The position numbers and the translations under genes were made by a program. Positions 14,701 to 27,005 of a stretch of 64,000 nucleotides of DNA are shown here, in pieces. This DNA comes from Balanoglossus misakiensis (taxonomy: Eukaryota > Animalia > Hemichordata), in assembly GCA_040954595.2 (NCBI GenBank), contig CM082593.2, positions 7,352,043 to 7,416,042 on the forward strand. The letters are read 5' to 3'. Every line of letters begins with the position of its first letter. Position 1 is the first letter of the stretch. The notes under the pieces are model-generated. The model had not been told where the DNA came from. It did not search any database and saw only the letters and a program-made list of their open reading frames with translations.

Positions 14701-15248
14701 TTAATGGAAAAAGGGCAGCGAGAGAGAGACTTTGTCCCTTTAAAATTCAGTCAAACTTTTATATCCTTTTGCTCTGATAAAAGCAGGTACAGATTTTCCC
14801 ATAGTTTGCGAATCTCTTCTGATATTTTGTTCCACAGGAGGGAAATGCATTCTACACTCAGTCCAGGGTTATACCAAAGCTGGTATATACTGCAAAGCTG
14901 TCAATGAAGGCACAGAATTGAATATCAGGTAAGTTTGACCTTTGCATTGTAATAAGGTCAGAGATCAGGTGACTTCAGTAGATAGTTGAGCATGTTCTAT
15001 ATATATACATGTATGTGTGTGTGGAAGATATAGGGTGGCTTGTACGGGTATGCTTTGTATTCTAATTTTAGCATGTCACACAGTTGACAGACCCATGCCG
15101 TCTGTTTTCTAACCCCTCCGACCTAGGGATTACCTTTTAGGGGATTAAACTGGCATTGCAGCCATACATTGATGTAATTCTACCCTTTGTGCCAAAAAAC
15201 CTACTTGTTCCAAGCTGTATGTAATTATAACTGTATGTTATGAATTAC

Positions 15249-15279
<31 letters not shown>

Positions 15280-18089
15280 TGTATGTATGTATGTATGTAT
15301 GTATATATGTATGTATGTATGTATGACTTTGTTAGTGACTTGGGGGCAACTGAACAGTAATAGAAATTGTGTGGGTCTTCAGAATTTTAAACATTTGTAA
15401 GTTGATGGACTAGTATAAATAACCATTGTTACATTCAGCCTTATCTGCGCGATGCTGGTTGAGTCTTACCTCCAGTAATGTAGTCTTGCCTCGCCCCCTC
15501 CCATTTCCTTCCCGTACTCTCCTAAGGGGTCAAAAGGTCAACTATTCCAATCCATTTACCTTGTAGGAATTGTAAACTAAAAGGTGCTGTGTGTGGTGTC
15601 ATGGTTACAGAAGGATCTGTCCTTAAAATGAATGAGACACTTTTAACGGGCAAAGTTGGTAAGGCATGGAAAAAAAATTGGTAAAGTCAATAGAACAAGT
15701 ACCTTTCATTACGTAAATATTTATGGTGATGTTTTTCATATAATTTGTATACTCCAGTTAATGTATTGCATGTACTCGTAATGTGTAACTTAAGTTGGGA
15801 CTTCTTTCGTAAACTCTTTTTGTCTTTGCATGTAATGTTACTGTCATGTTAAACATTGTCCATATCTTGTAAATTCCTCTATTTTAATAGTAAATAAATT
15901 TTCCTGTTATCTTGTGTGATTACATCGTGTTCATTTGCATCTCATTCTTTATTAAAGACACACAATTGCCTGTATAAGTCTAGCCAAAGATGCCTTGGAT
16001 ATCGGCCAATCACAGAATTTCACTTGGGGGCCATGAAGACACTTATATTAGAGGTGACTGTGTGTGTACCTTTAATAAGTTGACTAATCATTTGTTTCTG
16101 AAAATTAAACATAACAGTTAGAGGTATACAGTCACCTCCAATTTACACACGCCCATATATGGCTGAAATGGAATATTTGAGCGTTTGAGTATTTGAGTAT
16201 TTTTTCGCATGTGCCACCCACTGAAAATCTGATTGGCTAGATCTCAGTTTGCCATGGTAACTATACCTAATTTTCCATAGGTGACCGTATACCTTTAATG
16301 TTCCTTGTGTAAGTATGAGTGGTTAACGAAAAGATAGAAACAGCATACTTAATAACGATGCACATGTTGCTATGTTACAGGTATAGAAATATCAGAGGGG
16401 GGTCAAGTTCATCTGCAAAACTCCACAATCAGCAAATGTGGTCATCAGGCGATTCTGTCTCACAGTGGTGCTACTGGCGCGCACGTTGTCAACTCAAAGT
16501 TTGTGAGCAATGGTCATGGATCTGACGAACACCTCCCAGCTGTTCATCTGTCAGCCGGGCACAATATCATCAAAGACTGTGAAATTCTGAAAACCCATGG
16601 GACGGGTAAGATCACGTGTTGATAGTTTGTAGTAGAGATTATACTTGTCAGGAAAATTTGAAATGAAGAAATAAGGGGCTCATTACAATCGTACAATCAA
16701 GGTACATTAATTTGCAGTCTTTTCGTCTAAAACTTCTCTGTTTAAATTGACTTGAAAATTGAGAGTTTCAAGATTTTGTATTCTCTTTGATCAAAATTGC
16801 TTTAAACTGTTCAGTAAATATAAGAACAATATCAAGAATTCTGCTGCTATAAGTAAAAAAAAATAAACCTCATTATTTTTTAGAAAGATGATTTTTCACA
16901 ACACAATTTTCCTTGTAAATTCCTTCACACAACCATATCACCCCTATTTTCATGTACGCAGGCCCATCATAGCTATGAAATTTGATGGGACTAGACCAAA
17001 GCTGACCTGAAAAGGGGCAAAGTTTATGAAAAATTTGTAAAATACATTCTAAATATAGAGTGACCAGCTTTGTGTGCGTTGTTAAAATTTATATATATTT
17101 TTCATCCATACAATGTGTCAGGGCTTTGTGCCTGTTGTTCAAATTTATATTTTTCATCTATACAATGTGTTTCAGGTGTGTGTATCGATGGCGGCTGTCA
17201 GTGCATCGTACAGAACTGTACATTCAAGGGAAATCCGACGGCTGTACGTGTCTCCCAGATGAGCAATTGCAAGGTGCTCGGTTGTCGGATGACAGAACTC
17301 TCAGTCGGCCTCAACGCACTGCACAACTCTAATGGCAGTATTCTCATGAAGGGCAACACCATCATGGGTGCCGCCATGTAAGTTACCTTGACGATAAAAC
17401 GTCCAACACAGTGCAGAAGTCACTGTTGTTTGATACGAGTGTCGATCACCATAGTGCGATTTTGCAAAGTTGTATGATTTTTTTTGCACAACACTGGCTT
17501 GATTTTCAAGATGACTGAAGGTCGTAGCTTTTCAGTAAATGTAGATATCAAGCAACAGAAACTTAATTTTCCACTTTATAGAATATGATTTATTATTGGC
17601 TGGGAATGCAGAGTTCAGAATAACAATGGCTGACTGTATACACACACAGAGGAGAATATGTCTTCATGTTATGGTATAGTGAGCGTACGACACCAATAAA
17701 ATCAGTCAGCTTTTTACCCAGGATTCATTGCACTCTCACCATGATTTTCTCAAAGAAAATTGTAATAATTTATAAAATAATTGTGGGCGATCTCATGTAC
17801 TTGATATGACCATAGAGGGCGCACTTTTCAAGACTTAAGTGAAAGTTTTGTCTTTCTGTACCCTGATGCTATGAGAGACATCTCAGTTTATTTGAGTTTT
17901 AATCTAACTTGCAGGGCTGAAGTGATGATGTCATCGCTTGATGTGGTACCCACCATGGAGGGGCGATTGCACAAAGTGAAAATAGCGGATGCCGGTAAAG
18001 ACAGACGAACCAAACACCACCCTACAAGTCCGCTTGCGAGGTCACCGCCGAAGTTTGACCCCAAGCCAGTCTACATCAAGGTATATTGA
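11708..18089 (+). CDS. TPR-domain + right-handed parallel beta-helix (pectin-lyase-like fold) protein, about 531 aa, 9 coding exons
   Basis: Exons 11708-12074, 12691-12878, 13599-13731, 13916-14038, 14838-14928, 15567-15658, 16381-16605, 17176-17377, 17915-18089. All introns GT-AG, phases consistent, 1596 nt open. N-terminal STI1-like TPRs (KEKGDFYLK..AVDCYNHAI..LYCSRSLCY..ALKDADTAISLD..GYKRK), then VVDPDGTGAFEDL..LLLRPGRY and repeated GI/GV-x-V-xx-G...NC beta-helix coils. Possible alternative last exon 18339-18371 (QKGHGKKLTK*) via donor at 18080. 5'UTR acceptor at 11623. Confidence 0.82.
14571..14743 (+). mobile_element. Kolobok-type MITE, family 2 (3' half), intronic
   Basis: Aligns to 5261-5426 and ends GACTTTGTCCCTTTAA. 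Confidence 0.8.
15250..15325. repeat. (TATG)n microsatellite
   Basis: Direct tetranucleotide run within an intron. Confidence 0.95.
16118..16298 (-). mobile_element. Kolobok/T2-type MITE, family 1 copy 3 (inverted); a degenerate relative lies at 15952-16075
   Basis: Reverse complement of 6052-6247 with an internal deletion; ends GGTGACCGTATACCTTTAA. Confidence 0.8.
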
Positions 18090-19657
18090 CCTCTGAACTT
18101 TGACCATAACCTGGTAGACTATGCAGAATGAATATGTCAAATTTTACCACCCCTCACCGGTGCCCCGTTTCCCACTGTAGAGGTCCAACTACACCATAGA
18201 AAACAATAGATTTGGACCAAACCATGATGGTTAAAGTGTTATAGAGTTGTTTCACCAAATGGGTGCTGTGTGTGCCTTAATTCAAACATGGTTTCGGAAG
18301 TAATTTGCGTATTTTTTGGTCCTCATTTTTTTCTTCAGCAGAAGGGGCATGGAAAGAAGCTTACAAAGTGAATCTGCATCATCAAAACGGAAAACAGACT
18401 TTGCCGGCCACATTGACAGAAAGACAAAGTTTACCAATCAGTATTTATCATGACCGACTTGTATGAATTTTGTGTGTGGAATCATAACAGAAGTCAGAAA
18501 CCCAATCCAGTACGATCGAACATGCAAATCAGTTGTTTAATTTCAGAATATTTATCTATGTCTTGTTTGGGATTATTTCAGTCATGTACATACATATCAA
18601 ATACATGTTTCAAGTGTCTTAAAGAAATAATGCTTACTTCTGCCATAATGTCTCAGATGGACAAGCCTGATTGGCCATTTTAGTTCAAATCGAAGGCCAG
18701 CTGAAGAGTATTGATATGCCACCGTTGGGGGCGCCATATAAGGTCAATCATCCAATGACTAAAGGAGTCGATGACAGGAGTCAGCGTAATTTTAATGAGA
18801 CAATTTGACTTTCCAACCTGTTATAATTTTATTTTCCATTCCAATTTTGCTCATAAATTGATTCAAGAGAAGATTTTTCATCAGATTTTAAGTTATTCAG
18901 GTGATATTTCAGCATTGTTTCATATAGAAAATAAATAAACTTTGTCAGTATTGTATCAAAATTAAGAATTTATCTCAAAACAGGTTAGTAACTTAGTATG
19001 GCAAAGAATATTTTGCTTCTCAGGAATTTATATTCCAAATCACCCAGGTCATAAACAACCACTGACTAAAGAACTAAATTATTTAATTGTTTCAAGTTTG
19101 TAAATGACTTTCTTCAAATACTTGTTCAAAGTGCTGTATATTTTATTGAAAATGTCTACATTTATTACAATAAATTTCTGAGTTCCAAAAAAATGTTGAT
19201 AACAAGTGAATTTCTGTGAAAATAGCATACCAAACTATAGTACATCCTCATACAACATTTAAAGCAAAACAGAAAATTTTGATCACTGATAACACGATCT
19301 TGTCTTGTGTGTAGCTCAAACATCAGTCCACAGAATTGCATCTCGTGTGTGTTTACTGAAGGAAAGTCCGGCAAATTGTTACACAGCATGAGTGACACAA
19401 AATTAAAAAATAAAACAATCTAAAATGATATAAATTAAACAAACATTCTTATGTTTTCATAAGTACATTACAAATGTGTCTTTTTCACCCCAAATATCTA
19501 ACTATCTGCTTTTGCCAATCTTACATAGTTTTCACATAATTTGATTGGAAGAATACCCCCATCCTTGTACATGTACCTGACATAGTGAGTGAGTCTAACA
19601 AATCTGTCGAAACAGGAGCGCAAGATTAGTGGGATAAATTGGACAGGCTTGCAATGT

Positions 19658-20643
19658 TCAGTTGAATACCAGTATACATGTAAATATGGCTTCCAGGATG
19701 GTGCACAGTCCCGTGAAATAGAAAAACCAGGTCTTGCCCTTGGCCAAGTCACCGGAACGAACAAAGAACACCTGTGTGAGTAGAAGAGTGAAAAATCAAC
19801 AGCCAATCAGATTAAACAAGTATTGATGTCATTTGAATCATAATAGACAGGAGACTTTGTCTTTTTGTATGCAGAATACTCAGTCTGCACTAGAACCAGC
19901 TATTCTACATCCATAACACACACCAGTCTTAGCCAAGCTAGGTAGCCCATATTTGTGTGATAATGTAGCTAAAGGCAAATAAATTGACCCCCTAGCAATA
20001 TGAACAAGAACAAACACTGGATCGCTCCCACGGGATTACTGATTGTAACCAATAGGGGAATATGCCATCTTGTCCTACTGTCCATAATTACATCTACACA
20101 CTTACCAGTATTCCCTGAATGAGAACAAATCCCAACAAACTGAGGCCAAGCAGGATGTACAGGGCTTCACCAGCAGCAACACATCTGTATATACTCAGCG
20201 ACAATGCAATCTGAAATTTTAACGATATCAACACATTCACACAGGAGAAATTGTAGAGATCTCAAGAGCTAATGGACGTGAATTAATGCAAGGAAATATG
20301 AGTGGGGTGAACACTAGATATTACATTTGTAATACGAAAAAAAATCCTTGCCTATACCAACTTTACCAGCGAGTCCTTATCTAAAAGTCATGATCATCAT
20401 TTACATGACAAGAATTTAGCATGGACAGGTTTGATTGAGGGAAAACACGTCATCATATGATAATCTCAAAGTTATTGCGACAAAATTGTGTTGTGTGTTG
20501 ATGCCCCCCTATTATAAACGCTACATACCAACACCATCACTGTAACCAGAGCAATGAACGCAATCTGCAAAATTTTCTGGAAAAATGGAAGATGAAGAAA
20601 ACGATTAATAATCGGACAAGTTTGGCATGTTACCTGGTCTCTC

Positions 20644-20701
<58 letters not shown>

Positions 20702-20865
20702 TAGTCTAGCGCACAATATTGAAGAACACATCATCCACTCACCGCTCGCGGACTCAGCGTACTGTCATGATAGAGGGGAGAGGTGGTGCCCTCAGGTGGA
20801 GGAGACGAGGGAGCTTTATCCTCCTTGGCACCATCCTTGCCCAATAAATACGATTTGTCTGACAT
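19658..20865 (-). CDS. TMEM243: TMEM243-like small multi-pass membrane protein, paralogue A (129 aa, 4 exons)
   Basis: Exons 20865-20743, 20576-20529, 20210-20106, 19771-19658, all phase 0 and GT-AG. Protein: MSDKSYLLG..PLYHDSTLSPRA|KILQIAFIALVTVMVL|IALSLSIYRC..LIQGIL|VFFVRSGDLAKGKTWFFYFTGLCTILEAIFTCILVFN. Three hydrophobic segments and an R-x-GDL motif as recalled for vertebrate TMEM243 (YWYRQGDL). Confidence 0.75.
20644..20699. repeat. (ATC)n microsatellite in intron 1 of TMEM243-like A
   Basis: Pure trinucleotide run; source of the poly-D and poly-I ORFs. Confidence 0.95.
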
Positions 20866-21234
20866 GGCGATTTGTCTCACTGGCGTTCCATCTGTTGTTA
20901 GTCTGTGTCCTGAAGATACATCAGAGTTAAACTGTAACACGGGTTGGTGACTGTGTAGGAACGTGTGCTTAGACTTCCTGGTTGATACTATTATGTGAAA
21001 AGGGGTCGAACTCTTTGGGATGTTTTTAAAAGACTATGTTCTGTTTCAAGAACTTCAATATTTGAGAAAGAATATACCTAATTTCTTTTTTCATATCGTT
21101 TGCCCTATTTGACCGTATTCTGGATGTCAATCACATTCTCTGGGTCCGTCGCAAAGTGAGACAGGTCAAAACGTCACCCTTTGCAAAGTTGACTTCAAGT
21201 CAGATGACCCTGTCAATATGTCAACAATTTGAAA

Positions 21235-22916
21235 ATGGCGGACAGTTCAGGAGGGGACCCGAAGTCTTCGGACTCAGGTGCAATATATCATGAAGTTTCG
21301 ACGAAGAAGGTGAGAATTTCGCTTTCTTGTCAGTGAACGTTATTCTTCCCAACCCTTACAGAATATAACGCTGTAATTTGTAATTCCAGTCCGCATTATT
21401 CTGTCGCCAGGGAAATTTCTTTGCTATTCAACGGTGATCACATGAGTGTCATGTATCAGTGATGTCAGTATCTAGGCCAGGTGACGTTTGGAGGAGTCAT
21501 GCTCGTATTCACTTGAAGCTCGACTTTACAGGGCCACAACTTTGCATTCATTATAGAAAAGGTTTTTCTGCAGAAATCCCATTTTACTTGTCAGTTAATT
21601 CCCAACCAAAATGACAAAGACGAACTCTCCGAGATCGAGAGAGATCGCATTTCATGCTGTCAGTTGCAGCCATCAAACCGCCCTCATCGCCCAAAGACTC
21701 TTACTATTTTGTTTTTATTAACTTTTCAGCTCTTGGCCGTCAAGATATATGGCGCGATCACAGCAGTTTTTGTTGTGGTGAGTTCAAACTTATAAACTTG
21801 CCCTCTGATTAGCCAGATACTGCTTTAAAATTGGTGCTTTTTTATCATTGCAAACATTTTATGGACACTAAGAATGATGTTTGCGATTCGCGCCATTTAC
21901 CAACTAACTCAGGTTATGTACATTTAAAATTTTCTTTGATTTTCAGATAGCAATGATATTTTGTATAGCAAAAGGAAAAGATGACTCTCATTATTTTCTA
22001 CTCCTGATCAATTTAATTATCAGCAGTTTGGTTGGCGTGGCTGTGGTATGTAGCCCTTTCTACTTTTACATGTTATTACACCCATTCAGCAAACAAATCC
22101 AAGCTTTTCAACTGCCTTACCATTCCAAACATTCATGACAATTTTTATGCAAAATGAAGTTTGAACAGAAGTAAACTCACTTCGCATTGCTTCTGCGTAT
22201 TGGATATGGTGGCTGTAAATTCTTAATTTCATCAGTCAAGTACCTTTTCATACTTCGTCCAAACTTTGATTTTGTCTTCTTCTTTTTTTCTTTCTCAACA
22301 GATGTGGTGGTACAGGAAGGGTGACTTAGTAAGTTAAAAATTCATCTTCGAATCCCTTGCCTCTTGAAAACTGTAACCATGGAAACTATCCATAATCCAT
22401 TTATTATGTCCATCCCCTCCGAAAACAAAACAGCAACGCCAACTCTACACCTGGTGTAACGTGTTAACCAGAATGGTCCATCCCCCTTCCCCATTGCCTT
22501 TAAAGTAGAAACTCAAATCCCATCATGCATGTACCAAAGTAACGGTTGTTTGATCTTGATCCCGGTTTTGGTAATGAAGAGTAATGAACTGTGCAATGTG
22601 TGTTTTGTGTTCATAGGCGGCCGATAAACTGTGGTTTCTTGCCCTGGTGGCCTCCGTGATCTTATTCCAGTGCATCACGGCCGACATCTACGTGTGGGGG
22701 CACAGCCCGCAGAGTCAGCCGTCGATCACCACGGTAGCGCCACCACCCACTAGAGTCACGCCCTCAAACCTCACAAATATCACAACTGCAGCTCCACCCA
22801 AACAACTTATGCATCAGAAATTGCAGACGTCATTGCCGAGTTCCAAAGAGCAGATCAGACCGCCAGGCAGTCCCAAGAAGTCGCCATCATCACATACGCA
22901 TCTTCCACCTGGATGA
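21235..22916 (+). CDS. TMEM243: TMEM243-like protein, paralogue B, with Pro/Thr/Ser-rich C-terminal tail (182 aa, 5 exons)
   Basis: Exons 21235-21309, 21730-21777, 21947-22045, 22302-22328, 22617-22916, all phase 0 and GT-AG. Protein: MADSSGG..AIYHEVSTKK|LLAVKIYGAITAVFVV|IAMIFC..LVGVAV|MWWYRKGDL|AADKLWFLALVASVILFQCITADIYVWG... WYRKGDL matches the TMEM243 motif. AATAAA at 23161. Confidence 0.78.
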
Positions 22917-23854
22917 TGTCATCAGATCGGATCCCACACTTATTTTTTGAAACTTCAGCTTTGAAATTTGATAGTAACAAGAAAACAATAGTATTTCTAA
23001 ACCATTCAAAAACTTGCAACAGAAAATGTTTTCTTAGATATTTTTTACTGATTTGAACTATTCATTTACACTGAATGAAGAATCATTTTAATTAAGCTTT
23101 CAGTGGAAATTTATTCTTTGGCCATTTTTGTGATGTAAAAGATTTATTTATTAAATCAGAAATAAATGTAAATACAGGTAGTTGTTTTCAAAGCTTGTGT
23201 GATGTCAAGTCCAAGATGAAGTTTGTCCCAGTAAATTATCAAGACGTTGGACCACCTGGACTTATACTAATATCTTCTGGATGTTTCCCATTCATCAATC
23301 AGGATTAGGAATAGTGATGGAGTATTGTGGGCTAAACTTCGAATGGGCAAATTATCATTTACTCATTATAATCATTTACTTCCACAGTGAATATCATGTG
23401 AAGTAAAAATAGCAACAACAAAAAAAGTTCTGAAAATCGGTCAATTAATGAAAGAAGTGAGTCTCACACAAAATTAATTCATTATTAAAAACGACATTTT
23501 TTATTCCCCTGGAAAATTACATGATGTACAGAATAACTATGTTGCTGTACAAATAACACAAAATCAAATTTATTTTTAAATAGTCATCACAATTTTCATA
23601 TTTATACACATGGGAAAAGTTTCCTGGTAAAAGGACAACATTGCAAATTGAAATAATGTATTACTATTAGTCATGGCCATAGTATTATTCATGTGACGTT
23701 AAAATTTAACTGAAAGACTAAAAATTTAAATTTACAGTGACACTTGAGATTATAAAAATATACAATATAATTTACATCTTGTGGATATTTTACAGAAATA
23801 AATACACGCATATTTATACACAGAATTAAGGTTGGCTATATCAGTCCGAGATTG

Positions 23855-26800
23855 CTATCGGCAACCACATTCTTCGGCGACCATATCTTCGTGTTCTTTG
23901 ACGACAATCTTGCCGTGCTCGTAGTACAGCATGCTGAGGGGGGCCAACTTGGTCGGGACGCAGCACGGGAGGGGTAGTGTGTCAGGGTCCCGGAGGTGGA
24001 AGAGTCCCCGAATGATGGCGTGGTTGTTCGGGTTGTGGTGGTTGTCCATGGGCGCGGGACACTTTCCGACGCACTGGTACGCGTTGAACTTCTTCGGGTA
24101 GATGATCCAGTCTCCCCAGCCGATCTCTTCGAAGTCGACGATCAGGTCTTCCTTCTTGCAGGGGTGCGGTTCGCGGGACTTCTTGGCTTCGAGCTCGTCC
24201 AGTTTCTTCTTCTTTTCTGCTTTGCTCTTCTCGCGCCGCTTCTTCTGTCGCCTGGCCTCGGTCGCGTCATCATCCGCGTCCCTGGTGCCTCGCTCTCTCT
24301 TCTTGTCTTTCTTCGAAGCTGCGTCCGACTTCTCGCCTTTCTTCTCACCTTTGACTTTGGTATAGGTGAAAGTGACTAGCTGAGCTTCGCTGTCGATCAG
24401 ATCCTCCCGCACCTTGATGATGTCATCGACGAGGTCGTCCGGGACGCCGACTTCGACGACGTGCTTGCCCCGGGTCGTCTTGACCCAGCGCTTGACCGCC
24501 TTGGTGACCTGGAAGACGACGCTGCCGTCGTTCTCGTCCAAGTGGTCCTGCTTGACGCGCTGTGACGTCACGGTGTCTCTGCGGTAACACGACGACGACG
24601 CGGCCTCGTCCCTCGCGTCGCCATCTCCCTCGCACGGCACCTCGAGGAGCTGGTACAGCGTCACTCGCATGTTCTTCACCCGCTTCTGTGTCGCCGGGAC
24701 GGGGATCCGCAGCTCGGCCAGTCGCAGGCGCTCCGAACGGGTCAAGACTGTCAGATCGAAAGCGTATCGCTGGAGTACTTGCGAAGACAGTTCGTGATGA
24801 GTCAGTTCTGTCGAAGAAAAAAAACAAGAGCAAAACAAAGATGGTTAGTCATGGAAACTTTGCAAGTAGCACAGTCATGACACATCCCAACTGATAAACA
24901 ATAAAAAATATAGAGTGGCCATCTGTAGAAACCCAGACAGCTAAAATGGTAAATTACTGGTTGATTAATCCGATAAAAATCGGTCCGAAGAAGGGGCGGA
25001 CTTATCGCTCAACTTGTTTAATCGGCCATAAGTGATATCAAGTAAGGTGTTAATTCGATCGCACGACGTCTGGTCAACATTTACCAACGTATTTCGTGAT
25101 GTATTTTCCCACGCTTGTTCACAAAAATATATGCATAGGCCTACTCGATATTAGCCTGCGATTCTGCTAACACACCGACGCACTTTAACCTAAGACAAGT
25201 ACTAACTATTAATTGCTTTCGGACAAACTTTTATTGCCTGGGCAGTGGCATAGGCAAAGTTTATACAACCAGTTGTAGTTGGCGAATCTCAACATTATAC
25301 GTGGGACTGAAGTTTGAACATATCATGTGTATATAGTGCGAAATGCTGGGCATATAAACAGATAATGAAACTGGCCGAAATAGCGAGGATCAATGCAAAA
25401 CATTAGTTGAGAGAAAAGTGACGGTTGGTGGATGGATGCGATGACATGTACACGCAGAGACACGCACATAGTACCGCTTCTAAGGTTTTGGGCTATTTCA
25501 CCACTCAAAGAATTCGTTTTTTTTTATCTCGAATCAGTCGCAAAACAATGCCCATGACCTATTACGCAAGATGGAAACGAACGGAATCCGCCTTTTAGAC
25601 AACTGTCTGGCAGCTCCTGAACACGTCTGTGTTGTTTTAAAAGCAAGACTTATAAACTAGACAATTTGCGTTGAATGAGACTTTTCAGCGAACTTGATGA
25701 GTAAGTCAACTGTGTAATTGATCCGGTCAGAGCTGCTATGCGCTAGACATCGCCCGAGGCTAACGTTTGTACCCGTTGTGGGGGACTGACACGTACCCGT
25801 CTGAAAATCATGCAGACGATAGCTGCAGTGAAAAGGCGCACTATATACCGCACTTAATCACTTTACCAAGTGGACCCCGTATGTCAACAGAGACCTGTTA
25901 ATAGGTGCAGTAATTGTTTACATACAATGTATCGGCTTGTTCACTGTTGTCATTGTGCCTATTATCAAATTAGGTAGATTACACGGAGTGTGTCTGAAAA
26001 ATAAACCATCGCCTCGCAAAACCAACTGACCACAAGTCTTGTACTGACTGAGACCGGGCACAGCCGCGAAATACGGTTTTGGTTCGTCTGTACCTAACAC
26101 TACCGTTCAGCTTTAGTTTCGGACCCTAAACAGATTACCGATAATACGAATGAAATTTAGCACTCACACCAGTGTCAAATGTATGCTAATTTGCCTTTAA
26201 AAAATCTCTCGGTACCCGTTTCCAAAATACCATCGATAGGCCAATTGTGACCAAAATTGAAGAACTTCAGTCATATTGTATTCTAATGAAAGACATTTAG
26301 CAGTGCCTTGCGTGCATAATTATTCTCAAATACTATCCTAAAACCAAAAGGTATCATAAGTTACACTGTTTCTATCATACACCTATGCCTAGTACACTTG
26401 AAGCAACTTCTAATTCGAAATTGTAGTATTAAAAGGATGACTTTGACATTAAAACTAACAAGGGCGCAGATAGTGTTCTTTTGGAGACGTTTTCCTCCTC
26501 GGCTAATCACAGGACAAAATCACCGTTATATATCTGAGTACTCACCAACTAATTTTGCTGTGATGCTTCTTATGGTGTCTGACTTCCTGATGGCCTTCTT
26601 CTCGAAGTTGGTCCTGATGTTCCCCGATTCTTGGTTCTGCAGCGCGTTGTACAGGTCCAGCATGAAGGTGGGCGACGGCGGCCTTCCCCCGGGGCTCGAC
26701 CGCCTGCTGACGTTGAACTCGGCCGCCAAGAAGTCGATGGTGCCGCCGAATTGCTTCATGCTGCCCACGCCCGCCGTGTGCTTCGCCTTGACTTCCGCGT

Positions 26801-26942
26801 CCTCCCTGTGGAACAGGAGGATATCGTCGGGTCTGCCGAAGATCATCGGGACCTGAGCATCACTGGCCGGGAACCCGCCCTCGGAAAAGGCGACCAGGTG
26901 GAGGAGACAGACAAGGGCGGACGATAACGTTAGGAAAGACAT
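23855..26942 (-). CDS. nodal: Nodal (TGF-beta superfamily ligand), 449 aa, 2 coding exons
   Basis: Exon 1 26942-26546 (signal peptide MSFLTLSSALVCLLHLVAFSEG, prodomain PTFMLDLY..DTIRS, G|gtgagt). Exon 2 24807-23855 (ttcgacag|AA, phase 1). Mature domain CKKEDLIVDFEEIGWGDWIIYPKKFNAYQCVGKCP..NHAI..CCVPTKLAPLSMLYYE..HEDMVAEECGCR has Nodal-type WIIYPK and LSMLYYE signatures. Confidence 0.9.
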
Positions 26943-26997
26943 TGTTGTTTCTCGGTTGCAATTTCCTAAAATGATTACCGTGGCTGCTTCTGCTGGC

Positions 26998-27005
26998 TTT
27001 TTATG
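26998..27005 (-). promoter_or_regulatory. TATA-like element of nodal
   Basis: CATAAAAA on the minus strand about 60 nt upstream of the ATG. Confidence 0.45.

Noticed and set aside
20472-20930. Poly-Asp and poly-Ile ORFs
   Set aside because: Translations of the intronic (ATC)n microsatellite; only the embedded TMEM243-like exons are real.
23996-24894. Several long antisense and alternate-frame ORFs over nodal exon 2 (likewise over the IL-17 exons and 11594-11905)
   Set aside because: Shadows of GC3-rich coding sequence; no independent splice or domain evidence.
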